NCBI GenBank assembly: GCA_013166835.1
Contig: JABLTI010000066.1
Span: 1 to 15,329, forward strand
DNA: 15,329 nucleotides
Source of the DNA: Promethearchaeati archaeon
GTDB taxonomy: Archaea; Asgardarchaeota; Heimdallarchaeia; JABLTI01
Reading direction: 5' to 3'
Positions 1 through 8,685 of this stretch are shown one piece after another. Each line of letters starts with the position of its first letter. Position 1 is the stretch's first letter. A model generated the notes under the pieces. That model saw only the letters and a program-made list of their open reading frames with translations, had not been told where the DNA came from and made no database searches. The translations under genes were made by a program, and so were the position numbers.

Positions 1-102
1 TGGATTTGTGATCGCGCCATCTATACCTGTAAATGCTAAGAAATTGCATATGATTAGTAACCCGAGAAATGATGTAAACACGAATTTTATTTTTATTTTC
101 AA
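1..102 (-). CDS. 5' end of a secreted or membrane protein with a signal peptide; runs off the left window edge
   Basis: Manual translation gives TTG at 102, then MKIKIKFVFTSFLGLLIICNFLAFTGIDGAITNP, open to the edge. It has a basic N-region and a hydrophobic stretch. A GGAGG SD at 110-114 (minus strand) lies 7 nt upstream. Not in the ORF track. Confidence 0.75.
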   Translation of the reverse strand, partial: MKIKIKFVFTSFLGLLIICNFLAFTGIDGAITNP

Positions 103-239
103 ATTATATCCTCCAGATTCCAAGATTTACATTCAATGAACTATATTTCAATTGCCTATTTTAGTAATTCCTTTCTTTACTGTTTTTAATAATTCCTATC
201 AAATTTAAAACAAAAAAATAAATGTAAAGAGCAATCCAA

Positions 240-1367
240 TTATTTAGGAATTAACCATTTACCTGCTTTGTATATTTCTTCCCCATCAAGAATGATTTTG
301 GAATCTTTGCTTTTCATATCCTTCAAGATATCCCAATGTATAGGAGATTTATTCTTTGATCCTGCTTCAGGAAAACCAGAACCTAAAGCTAAATGAATGG
401 TTCCACCTATTTTCTCATCAAAAAGCATATTCTTGGTAAATCTTTGTATCCCATAATTTGTACCTACAGCTAATTCTCCTAAGATTTTTGCGTTCTCTAA
501 CTCAAGAACATTATTCAAGACATCTTTTCCTTTTGCTGCATCACAATCAATTACTTGTCCATCTTTGAATTTAAGCCAAATATTCTCTACTTCCCGACCC
601 ATATAAATGCCCGGATAAGTGAACCGAATTGTTCCATTTACAGAATCCTCTATTGGTGATGTGAAGACTTCCCCATCGGGCAAATTCTTGTGACCACAGC
701 TATTTATCCATTTTCTACCGACTATACCCAAAGATAAGTCTGTATCTTCTCCAATTATCCTAATTTCTTTACCTTTATCTAGAATCTTGACTATCTCGTT
801 TTGATTTGCTTCCATCTTATTCCAGAATTTAACCGGATCTGGTTTATCTAGAGCAAGTGCTTTGTAAACAAATTCTTTGTATTCTTCAATACCCATACTT
901 GCTTCTTGAGCCATAGCTAAGTTTGGATAAGGACAGATATTCCAATCAATTTCACCTGCAGCAGCTCGTTTCTTAAAAATCTCGTTTAATTCTTTACCAG
1001 CATTTCGTTGCATTACTAACAATTTTGGATCAATATTAGTTAAAGATCGAGTATTATAAGATGAAAATATGAAAATTGCTTTAGTTAATTTTTTGACATG
1101 TTCAAAACCAATTTCATCGACATATTTTATTTGGTCTTCAGTCGCATACTTGAAGAAAATCTCTTGAAAACCTGAAAAACCAATATCCAGTTTTACTGTA
1201 TGTCCGCCTGCTTTTATGATTTCTCTGTAAATATCTCTTATCAGATCCTCTGCATTTGCTGCTCCTTTAAGCTGAACCCTATCACCTTTTTGGACGTTCA
1301 CAGCATATTGCACAACTAGTTTTGCTAATTTCTCACTAAAATCTCCATACACGGTAATTTGCTCCAA
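240..1367 (-). CDS. Aminopeptidase, peptidase family M29 (AmpS/AmpT/PepS-like metallo-aminopeptidase)
   Basis: Family motifs KLAKLVVQYAVNVQKGD, NLPDGEVFTSP, LGELAVGTN, FDEKIGGTIHLALG and SPIHWDIL. The true start may be GTG at 1352, with GGAG 9 nt upstream. Confidence 0.93.
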   Translation of the reverse strand: MEQITVYGDFSEKLAKLVVQYAVNVQKGDRVQLKGAANAEDLIRDIYREIIKAGGHTVKLDIGFSGFQEIFFKYATEDQIKYVDEIGFEHVKKLTKAIFIFSSYNTRSLTNIDPKLLVMQRNAGKELNEIFKKRAAAGEIDWNICPYPNLAMAQEASMGIEEYKEFVYKALALDKPDPVKFWNKMEANQNEIVKILDKGKEIRIIGEDTDLSLGIVGRKWINSCGHKNLPDGEVFTSPIEDSVNGTIRFTYPGIYMGREVENIWLKFKDGQVIDCDAAKGKDVLNNVLELENAKILGELAVGTNYGIQRFTKNMLFDEKIGGTIHLALGSGFPEAGSKNKSPIHWDILKDMKSKDSKIILDGEEIYKAGKWLIPK

Positions 1368-1535
1368 TAATTAACACGAAGAACTAGTTAGATTATCTGA
1401 AAAAACTTTCTACCACTCTTTTTCTTATATTTTTTTATCATTAAATTTTGAAAGGAAAAAGGATAAAGGAATAAAGTTTATCAAAGCATTACCAAAATTT
1501 CAATATACTAAAATTATTCTATTATGTGATACTCT

Positions 1536-2519
1536 ATGTCTGATATTAAAATTAAACAGGGAGAAAAAGGTCAAGAAAACATCATTTGTGAAATTCATAA
1601 TGAATCGTTTTCATATTGGATAGATAATCTTGGATTACTTTATGGGTACAAATATCTTGAAAATAAAGATGTTGAAAACTGGTTATTAAACGAAAAAAGT
1701 TTTGTCTTAATTGCTTATGATAATGAGCAACCGGTTGGGTATGTCCATTGTCAAATAGAAGATATTGTTGGAGATAAAAAAACAATTAGAAATCTGGTGT
1801 TCTGTGAAACTAAAGAAAGCTTAGGTCAGAGTAGAATTGGTGTTCTTTCAACAAATAGAAGAAAAAAAATTGCTTCAAGATTAATGAAAAAGGCTCTTGA
1901 GAAGTCTAAGCAATTTGAAGCTGATACTGCTCTATCATTAGTATACAATCAGAATCTACCAGCAAGAAGATTATTAACAAATATGGGTTTTGAACATAAG
2001 CAGTTGTTTTACTTTAAACCATATTCGAAAGAAAAGCCATATGTTCAAGATTCTTTTCTAGCTGAATTTAATCTTTTTCAAAATATACCTGAGATCCAAT
2101 TGAATCAGGATGTTGTGATTAGAAAAATCCTGTTAGAGGATTTATCTTCTATGCAACGTATTTTTGGTGAATCTCGTCCAGATGTTTTTGGTTCTAATCC
2201 TACCTATAATCAAGTGAGAGAATGGTATCAATCTGCATGGGGAGAAGTTACACTAATAGCAGAAAAAGAAGGACAAGTAGTCGGTTGTATGGAGTTCACT
2301 TCCTTAGGTGTTATTGGAATTCCAGGTGTTCTGCTTGAATACAGAAAACAAGGAATTGGTTCTACTCTTTTCTATCATTTACTTCTAGAGATGAAAAATT
2401 CTGGAAAAGAAAAGGCTCTTGCGGATACGGGTTTTGAACTTCAAGATGCAATAAATTTGTATAAGAAATTTAATTTTAATCTCTCAAGAGAACTCTGGGC
2501 TTGGGTTAAGATCCTTTAA
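1536..2519 (+). CDS. Tandem (two-domain) GNAT family N-acetyltransferase
   Basis: Two GNAT-like halves: LIAYDNEQPVGY...GVLSTNRRKKIASRL...NLPARRLLTNMGF and LIAEKEGQVVGC...GVLLEYRKQGIGSTL...AINLYKKFNF. Confidence 0.85.
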   Translation: MSDIKIKQGEKGQENIICEIHNESFSYWIDNLGLLYGYKYLENKDVENWLLNEKSFVLIAYDNEQPVGYVHCQIEDIVGDKKTIRNLVFCETKESLGQSRIGVLSTNRRKKIASRLMKKALEKSKQFEADTALSLVYNQNLPARRLLTNMGFEHKQLFYFKPYSKEKPYVQDSFLAEFNLFQNIPEIQLNQDVVIRKILLEDLSSMQRIFGESRPDVFGSNPTYNQVREWYQSAWGEVTLIAEKEGQVVGCMEFTSLGVIGIPGVLLEYRKQGIGSTLFYHLLLEMKNSGKEKALADTGFELQDAINLYKKFNFNLSRELWAWVKIL

Positions 2520-3682
2520 TTTTTCCCCTTTTCCTTTCCTGTTGAATAGCTTTTAATTATTTTATCTAAAACCTCTTTTTCCTCTTCACTTAGATCTTTT
2601 CCAGATTCAACTAGTGCTTCTTCAAAATTTAAAATTTCAGAATCCGTTGAGCTTATATCTTTCTGATTAATTGGTTCCGATTTATCTTTTAATCTAGGTT
2701 TTTGTATTTTTGTCGAGGATCTTCTTCTTGTAATACGAATAATTAAGAAAATTCCAATGATAACAGCTAATACAGCTCCAAAAATCACTAATGCTTTCCA
2801 GTTAAAATCAAGCTCACTAGGATGAGATACTTGAATGATTATTTCATATGCACCAAAACCAGTTAATCTACTAACCAGTATTCTGAAAGTACCTGTATCT
2901 GATACAGTTATATCAATACTTTCTTCAGAGTCTCCTGCAGTACTCATAGCAATTCTGTATGTGTTAGGATCATAAAAAAACAAATCAAAATTTAAACTCT
3001 CTTGAAATGACAAATGAATCGTAATAATATCTCCAAAAATTAAATCTATTTTGTAATAATCATAATAATCAAAATCAACTAGCATTCCATTATGTTGTCC
3101 ACGTGTGATTGAAGTAGCTGAATTAAAAGTGTTCCCTGCATCTCCTCCGCTACCAGCATCATTCTGCATTAATGTAGTTGAGGTTATTGCTGATGTTTGA
3201 AGCAATAAAGAATAATTTCCATGGCTTGTAAGATTGAATTTCTCTATTCTTACAAACCAATAACCATAATTCAGAATATCAGTTTCAATATATTCATTTG
3301 AATCAATATTTAGACTTGATTGTATAATATTTCTATCAGGAGCATAAAGGTGCAAATCAAAATCCGTACCATTATCTCCATTAAGTATTATTACTGCATG
3401 ACGATTTGAAATAATATAGACAGTGTAAAAATCATCATTATCATCAAATGGAAGTGATCCATTAAAAGTTCCTGTACCAATTACTGTAGCATTATCAAAA
3501 TTATCACCTGCATCACCACCAGTATTTGCATCATCTTGAGTTTCTGGAGAAAGGGAAATGGGATAAATAGTGGAAAAAGGAGTTTTTGCAGATGTATCTA
3601 CTTTAGAAAATAAGACTGGAGTGAAAATAATAACAACCAACAAACACAATTTCAGGTGCTTATTCATCTGATTCTCGCCCAT
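2516..3682 (-). CDS. Type I membrane surface protein with two PPC-like (pre-peptidase C-terminal) beta-sandwich repeats
   Basis: N-terminal signal peptide (start possibly ATG 3667). Two repeats 124 aa apart, each QxDAxxGGDAGxxFxxAT...DxY...DFDL/NFDL-x-LY/FY-xP...E.I...G.Y. C-terminal TM WKALVIFGAVLAVIIGIFLII followed by RRR and a charged tail. Confidence 0.75.
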   Translation of the reverse strand: MGENQMNKHLKLCLLVVIIFTPVLFSKVDTSAKTPFSTIYPISLSPETQDDANTGGDAGDNFDNATVIGTGTFNGSLPFDDNDDFYTVYIISNRHAVIILNGDNGTDFDLHLYAPDRNIIQSSLNIDSNEYIETDILNYGYWFVRIEKFNLTSHGNYSLLLQTSAITSTTLMQNDAGSGGDAGNTFNSATSITRGQHNGMLVDFDYYDYYKIDLIFGDIITIHLSFQESLNFDLFFYDPNTYRIAMSTAGDSEESIDITVSDTGTFRILVSRLTGFGAYEIIIQVSHPSELDFNWKALVIFGAVLAVIIGIFLIIRITRRRSSTKIQKPRLKDKSEPINQKDISSTDSEILNFEEALVESGKDLSEEEKEVLDKIIKSYSTGKEKGKN

Positions 3683-3885
3683 TTTTACAAAACTTGCTTT
3701 AAGAATTAATCTTCCTCTAACTATTTAAATAATACAATAAAGTTAGGAATTCAAACTTTAGAAAATATAGCTCGCTAATGTTAAAAAAATAAATATTTTA
3801 CAATAAGAATTAACACTTTCTTAATGATTATTTTATTGTATTAGCGGTTCAATCTTGAATATAGATAAAAAATGGGGTGCGTACC

Positions 3886-4773
3886 ATGACAGAACCACTA
3901 ATAATTGATGCTCATGAAAGTCATGTAACACATATTGATTTTACTAAAGATAGTAATGTACTAATCTCTGCTGGAATGGATAATGCAATCAGATTTTGGA
4001 AAGCACCAGATTGGGAATACAGTTTTGAATTGGATGGTCATACAAAAAGCGTTAATACTTTTGCTTTAGATGAGGTTGATAGGGTTTTATATACAGGTTC
4101 CAGCGATAATACAATTAAACTTTGGGATTTAAGTGAGCGGAAAGAAATTCTATCACTAAAAGGTCATAAAAAACCAATAATAAAATTGGTAATTTCACCA
4201 GCAAAAGCATTATTGGCTTCCGGTTCTTATGATGGAGATATTCGTCTATGGTCTTTGGAAAATTTGGTAGAATATAGTGTTTTAAATGGTCATCCTAGTC
4301 ATTCTACTGGAATTAGTTTTGCACCTGATTGTTCATATATTATAACAGGTGGAATGGATAAGAATATGCTAATATGGGAATTGCCTTCTGCTACTCTTAA
4401 GAAGAAGATTCAATCTCATAAAGATGCTACCTTAGCTATTCATCATTTCGCTAAAGGTAAGAAACTGATTTCTATAGGTCTTGACCAAATAATTAGGATT
4501 TGGAAAACTAGTGATTGGTCTATTGAAAAGAAATTAAAAGTAAAGCATAAGAAAATTAATTCGCTTACAATTTCACCTAATGAGAAATATGTAGCTACTA
4601 CTTGTGATAATAATTTCCAAGTATGGTCATTAAAGGAAGAAGAATTACTCAGTGATATTACAATCAAACCCAAAGGTGTTTACACTACAGCATTTTCACC
4701 TGATGGGAAATTGTTTGCTGTTGGTTCTGCTGACAAAAAAATCAGAATTTGGAAACTGAAGGACCTTGTATAA
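3886..4773 (+). CDS. Stand-alone WD40-repeat protein (7-bladed beta-propeller)
   Basis: Seven ~42-aa repeats with GH/AH/SH...S[AG]xxDxxI[RK]xW[DKSE] signatures. ATG 3886 is preferred because GGGGTG at 3874-3879 reads as an SD. Confidence 0.93.
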   Translation: MTEPLIIDAHESHVTHIDFTKDSNVLISAGMDNAIRFWKAPDWEYSFELDGHTKSVNTFALDEVDRVLYTGSSDNTIKLWDLSERKEILSLKGHKKPIIKLVISPAKALLASGSYDGDIRLWSLENLVEYSVLNGHPSHSTGISFAPDCSYIITGGMDKNMLIWELPSATLKKKIQSHKDATLAIHHFAKGKKLISIGLDQIIRIWKTSDWSIEKKLKVKHKKINSLTISPNEKYVATTCDNNFQVWSLKEEELLSDITIKPKGVYTTAFSPDGKLFAVGSADKKIRIWKLKDLV

Positions 4774-4837
4774 AATATTTCATTAATTATATCTAGGTTC
4801 TAATTAATTCTAAAATCAATTGAAAATCTTTTTTTTA

Positions 4838-4921
4838 TTTTTAAATAAAATACATTCTTTAAAATTAATTTATTAAGCAATAGTATTTTACAGAAAGATA
4901 AGCAGTATTTTTATTTAAAAA
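4838..4921 (+). promoter_or_regulatory. Putative promoter of the Ni/Co ECF operon (TATA-like TTTATTAA, 4869-4876) with GTATTTT repeats as possible operator half-sites
   Basis: AGTATTTT at 4882 and 4904, with an inverted copy AAAATAC at 4847-4853. The context is very AT-rich. Confidence 0.35.
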
Positions 4922-4942
4922 AAATATGGGCGGGAAAATAAG

Positions 4943-5980
4943 TTGCATATTCCTGATGGCGTTTTACCATTAAATCATGTTTTGATTTATCTAGCTATTT
5001 CAGCATTAATTATAGTAATATCAATAATACAAAGTAGAAACAGCTTAACATTAAAACAAATACCAATAGTAGGAGTACTCGCTGCTGGTTTATTTGCAGC
5101 TCAGATGTTTAATTTTCCCATTCCAGCAGGATCTAGTGGGCACCTGATTGGGACTGCTTTAGCAACAGCTCTTGTTGGTCCCTGGGTTGGTATACTAATT
5201 CTAACGGCAATTCTAATAATTCAATCATTCTTTGGTGACGGAGGATTTTTAGCTTTAGGAGCTAATATCATAAATATGGCAATTATCGGTGCTTTTGTTA
5301 CTTTTTTGTTTTTTGTTCTGATACCAAAGAAATGGCGAGAGAAAAAAGTCATGTTTGCAACCTTTGCAGGTATCTCGGGATTCTTATCTACAATGTTCAT
5401 GGCTTTTTTTGCAAGTGTAGAATTAATAATTGCACAACTGGGTAGTCCTGGTATAATTTTCGGTTCTATGTTAGGATTACATGCTATAATTGGTTTAGTA
5501 GAAGGTGTAATTACCTTTGCTTTAGTTTTCTTCACGTTCAAAGCCCAAGCTTCATTATTTGAAGCAGCAGAAGATTCCTTATACATCAAAGGCAAGAAGG
5601 AAATCAAGGAAGATATACCGCCATCATATAAATTCCCTGTTTGGGGTGCTGTCTCAACTGTAGGAATATTTGGGATAATGTCAATTTTTGGGATAGTTGC
5701 AAGTGAGAATCCAGATGGACTTGAACGAACATTCGAATTTCTTGTAAAAGATGGTTCGGTTCTCACAATATTAGAAACTGGTTTGTTTGGATTTCCGGAT
5801 GGTTTAGGTTGGTCAATATTACAGATGGCAATTATCATGGTGATATTCTTCACAATAATTCTGATAATAAACTATTTAGTATTTATATTAAGAAGAAGAA
5901 TTTATCGAAAATCACATATTGAAATTCAACAAAATGCAGAAAAATTATCTAGTGAACTTAATCATGATGTTTTTAATTAA
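4943..5980 (+). CDS. nikMN: ECF Ni/Co transporter substrate-binding component, NikM/CbiM fused to a NikN-like PDGLE domain
   Basis: N-terminal metal-binding MHIPDG (TTG start), AQMFNFPIPAGSSGHLIG, FGDGG and HAIIGLVEG. Two extra C-terminal TMs flank ASENPDGLE (PDGLE at 5711-5725). Confidence 0.9.
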   Translation: MHIPDGVLPLNHVLIYLAISALIIVISIIQSRNSLTLKQIPIVGVLAAGLFAAQMFNFPIPAGSSGHLIGTALATALVGPWVGILILTAILIIQSFFGDGGFLALGANIINMAIIGAFVTFLFFVLIPKKWREKKVMFATFAGISGFLSTMFMAFFASVELIIAQLGSPGIIFGSMLGLHAIIGLVEGVITFALVFFTFKAQASLFEAAEDSLYIKGKKEIKEDIPPSYKFPVWGAVSTVGIFGIMSIFGIVASENPDGLERTFEFLVKDGSVLTILETGLFGFPDGLGWSILQMAIIMVIFFTIILIINYLVFILRRRIYRKSHIEIQQNAEKLSSELNHDVFN

Positions 5981-6004
5981 AAAAAAGGATAATTTTTTTA
6001 ATTA
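5974..6004 (+). repeat. 12-bp A/T-only inverted repeat between nikMN and the Q gene
   Basis: TAATTAAAAAAA (5974-5985), 7-nt loop, TTTTTTTAATTA (5993-6004). Confidence 0.4.
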
Positions 6005-6026
6005 CTTCATTTTATCTTTCACAATC

Positions 6027-6806
6027 ATGTCTAGTAATAATTTTTTACTCCCTTTTAGAGATAAAAGACTAACAAAACCACTATCAAATATAGGATTAAC
6101 AATTACTGTTGTGTTATCTTTAGTGTTTTTAAATATCAGTCAAGAATTGATAGATATATTATTTGTTTATCTATTGACATTCGTTTTCTTTCTAATTTTC
6201 AGAGCAAATTTCCTACGAACAATAAAAATTATTCTATCAGCATCCATCATAATATTTTTCATGGGTTTACCTAGTTTCTTTATGAAGCAAGGTTCAATAT
6301 TATTCATCATACCTATTGGAAAATATAGTATTAATTTCCATGATATCAGTGTTTACAGAGCAATCTATATTTGGGTTAGAGGATTCTTTTCTGTATCCAT
6401 AATAACGTTATACACAACAATATTAACTGTTCAAGAATTCATCTCTGCACTTCGTAGCTTGTTCATACCGAATATTCTAGTTACATTAATCCTCTTAATA
6501 CTAAGATATACTCCAATGTTATATGAACAAGGAAATGAGATAAAAACTGCTCAAGAATTACGAGGTATATCAACTGCTCCTTTTGGTAGAAGATTTTCTG
6601 CTGCAACTTCTAGGATTGGTGGAACGTTAATACGGTCTTTGAGAAAAGGTACAGAGGTTTACGAGGGAATGATTCTGAGAGGATTAGAAAATTCTGAATT
6701 TGTTAAAAGAAATTATGTAAAATGGTTAGATTTTCTTGTTATACCATTAATTGCTGGACTTTTTAGTTTATTTGCAGGAGGAATTATTAGTGGATACATT
6801 GGTTGA
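6027..6806 (+). CDS. cbiQ: ECF transporter transmembrane T component (CbiQ/NikQ)
   Basis: Multi-TM protein with ALRSLFIP...LILRY and the two conserved Arg motifs AQELRG and MILRG. It lies between the M and O genes. ATG 6027 avoids a 62-nt overlap with nikMN (the track start is 5919). Confidence 0.88.
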   Translation: MSSNNFLLPFRDKRLTKPLSNIGLTITVVLSLVFLNISQELIDILFVYLLTFVFFLIFRANFLRTIKIILSASIIIFFMGLPSFFMKQGSILFIIPIGKYSINFHDISVYRAIYIWVRGFFSVSIITLYTTILTVQEFISALRSLFIPNILVTLILLILRYTPMLYEQGNEIKTAQELRGISTAPFGRRFSAATSRIGGTLIRSLRKGTEVYEGMILRGLENSEFVKRNYVKWLDFLVIPLIAGLFSLFAGGIISGYIG

Positions 6807-7509
6807 GTTTCAAAACGTTGAATTCGAATATCCGGAAAAAACATTTGGGTTATACAACATAAATTTCCAAATAGAAACCGGGAAAAAATATGCTATATGT
6901 GGAAAAAATGGTGCTGGTAAAACTACTTTGCTAAGACTTCTTATGGGATTAGAAGAAATAAAAACAGGAACAATTAAGATTGAAGGACAAGAACTATCTA
7001 AAAGGAATTTAAAAGAAATAAGACAGAAAATAGGGTTTGTTTTTCAAAATCCTGATTCACAAGTTTTTTCCGCAAGTGTATATGAAGATGTTGCTTTTGG
7101 ACCAAGAAATATGGGATTAGAAGCAGAAGAGATTGATAAAAGAGTAATTTCTGCATTAGAAAATGTTGATCTCGTTGAATACAAAGATCGATCCCCATAT
7201 CAATTATCATTTGGTCAAAAGAAAAGAGTAGCTATTGCAGGGATTTTAGCAATGGATCCAGCTATAATTGTATTAGATGAACCTTTCTCGAATCTTGATT
7301 ATCCTTCAAAAAGCTCATTAAAGGAACTACTGGAAACAAAAGTAATTCATAAAGGTAAAACAATTATTTTTGCATCCCATAATAGAAAACTTATCAATGA
7401 ATGGGCAGATATAGCATTGTTTCTTGATAATGGAGAAATAATTTATTCAGATATAGCTAAAGGGCTTGTAAATATAGAATTGGCAGATAAATATCTAGGT
7501 CCGTTATAA
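6790..7509 (+). CDS. cbiO: ECF transporter ATPase (CbiO/NikO)
   Basis: Walker A GKNGAGKTT, Q-loop FQNPDSQ, signature LSFGQKKR, Walker B IIVLDEP and H-loop ASH. GTG 6790 follows GGAGG (6777-6781). Confidence 0.93.
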   Translation: MDTLVEFQNVEFEYPEKTFGLYNINFQIETGKKYAICGKNGAGKTTLLRLLMGLEEIKTGTIKIEGQELSKRNLKEIRQKIGFVFQNPDSQVFSASVYEDVAFGPRNMGLEAEEIDKRVISALENVDLVEYKDRSPYQLSFGQKKRVAIAGILAMDPAIIVLDEPFSNLDYPSKSSLKELLETKVIHKGKTIIFASHNRKLINEWADIALFLDNGEIIYSDIAKGLVNIELADKYLGPL

Positions 7510-7750
7510 TAGATCTAGAAGTAATCATTTACAATTTTTACCAGAAATCGTAATCTGTTTTCTATTTCTTATTCTTAGCATCAATGGTTTTTTATCGGTG
7601 ATAGTGTTTAAGTAATGTAAATCTTTCCAATTCGTAAAAAATATCGCCTATTTATAAAGAAATATGGAAATTCTATCGACAAAAAAATCTCTTTTGGATA
7701 GTCTTATTAAGTAGAGAGACAAAAATAAATTTGAAACTTGGGGAAAATCG

Positions 7751-8587
7751 ATGGAAAATATTATACGAATTCAACCTTATCTGGAGAGAAATGATAAGGA
7801 ATTTAAATCCTATTTAGAATTTTTAAAAAATGTTGTTTTGATTTTAGAGCCCAACTTCCAATTTTTTGAGATATTTTTAGAAGAAGACAGAGAAGATAAA
7901 CCATATGAATCTCTACTTATTAAGACAAAATTCGGAACTGAAAAGCAAGGATTTGAAGTTATTTTATCCGAAGTATATGAACAAGTTGCCAATATTGTTG
8001 TTGTAGATTGTGTAATTGTGCGAGCTTATGGGTTAAACAATGATTCTGAGTTAGAAATTAGATCAATAAGAGAGTATGATGAACCCTTTTACCTTGAATT
8101 AAAAGTAGTGGGTAATCCTGAAGAATCACAAGAAATAACTAAAAAATTTAAAGATAAATTCGAAAGAGCACACATCTCAAAAGAGAAATTAAAAAAAGAG
8201 CTTCTGATTTTAAATACTTCACTAAAAAGAAGTGCATGGTATGCCGTTGAAATGAGAGCTAAAAGTATCCTGGAAGATTTTCCAGAAGAACCTCATGCAT
8301 TACTAGCTCTGGCAATTGCACGAGTTGCTCAAGGAGATTTAGAAACTCGGAAAGAAATATTGCAACATATCTCTAAATTGAAACCAGATAAACCTGATAA
8401 ATTATACAATATTGGTATAATCCATAAAAAAAGAAAAGAATATGTAGAAGCTATAACATCACTTCGAGAATCAATTAAAGTGGAATCAGTAGAAGAACCA
8501 GTTCTTAAAATCGTAAGTCAAGTTCAAGCAGCTTTATCTGAAGTAGAAGATGCTCTAAAAACCTATGAAAAAGCATCAAAAACATAG
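7751..8587 (+). CDS. Protein with an unknown acidic N-terminal domain and C-terminal TPR-like repeats
   Basis: FPEEPHALLALAIARVAQGD, KPDKPDKLYNIGIIHKKRKEYVEAITSLRESI and VEDALKTYEKA match TPR helix pairs. GGGG SD-like sequence before the ATG. Confidence 0.7.
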   Translation: MENIIRIQPYLERNDKEFKSYLEFLKNVVLILEPNFQFFEIFLEEDREDKPYESLLIKTKFGTEKQGFEVILSEVYEQVANIVVVDCVIVRAYGLNNDSELEIRSIREYDEPFYLELKVVGNPEESQEITKKFKDKFERAHISKEKLKKELLILNTSLKRSAWYAVEMRAKSILEDFPEEPHALLALAIARVAQGDLETRKEILQHISKLKPDKPDKLYNIGIIHKKRKEYVEAITSLRESIKVESVEEPVLKIVSQVQAALSEVEDALKTYEKASKT

Positions 8588-8685
8588 TTTAAGGCTTGAT
8601 AGATTTTTACCTCTTCTTAACTTTGACTCAACATGAATACTTTAAAACTAAAAGCACTTATCGTTAAATGTAAAAGTACAGATAG

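Noticed and set aside
2516-2519. Convergent genes sharing overlapping stop codons in TTAA
   Set aside because: Real, but common in compact AT-rich genomes, with no functional implication.
4774-4942. Cobalamin or NiCo riboswitch upstream of the ECF operon
   Set aside because: The region is too AT-rich, with no B12-box or stable multi-stem structure visible.
5221-5853. 210-aa antisense ORF inside nikMN
   Set aside because: Shadow ORF opposite a hydrophobic gene, with no motif support.
7510-7750. 240-bp intergenic gap as an ncRNA or small gene
   Set aside because: It holds only a tiny 18-codon minus-strand ORF and AT-rich promoter-like DNA, with no tRNA cloverleaf or convincing structure.
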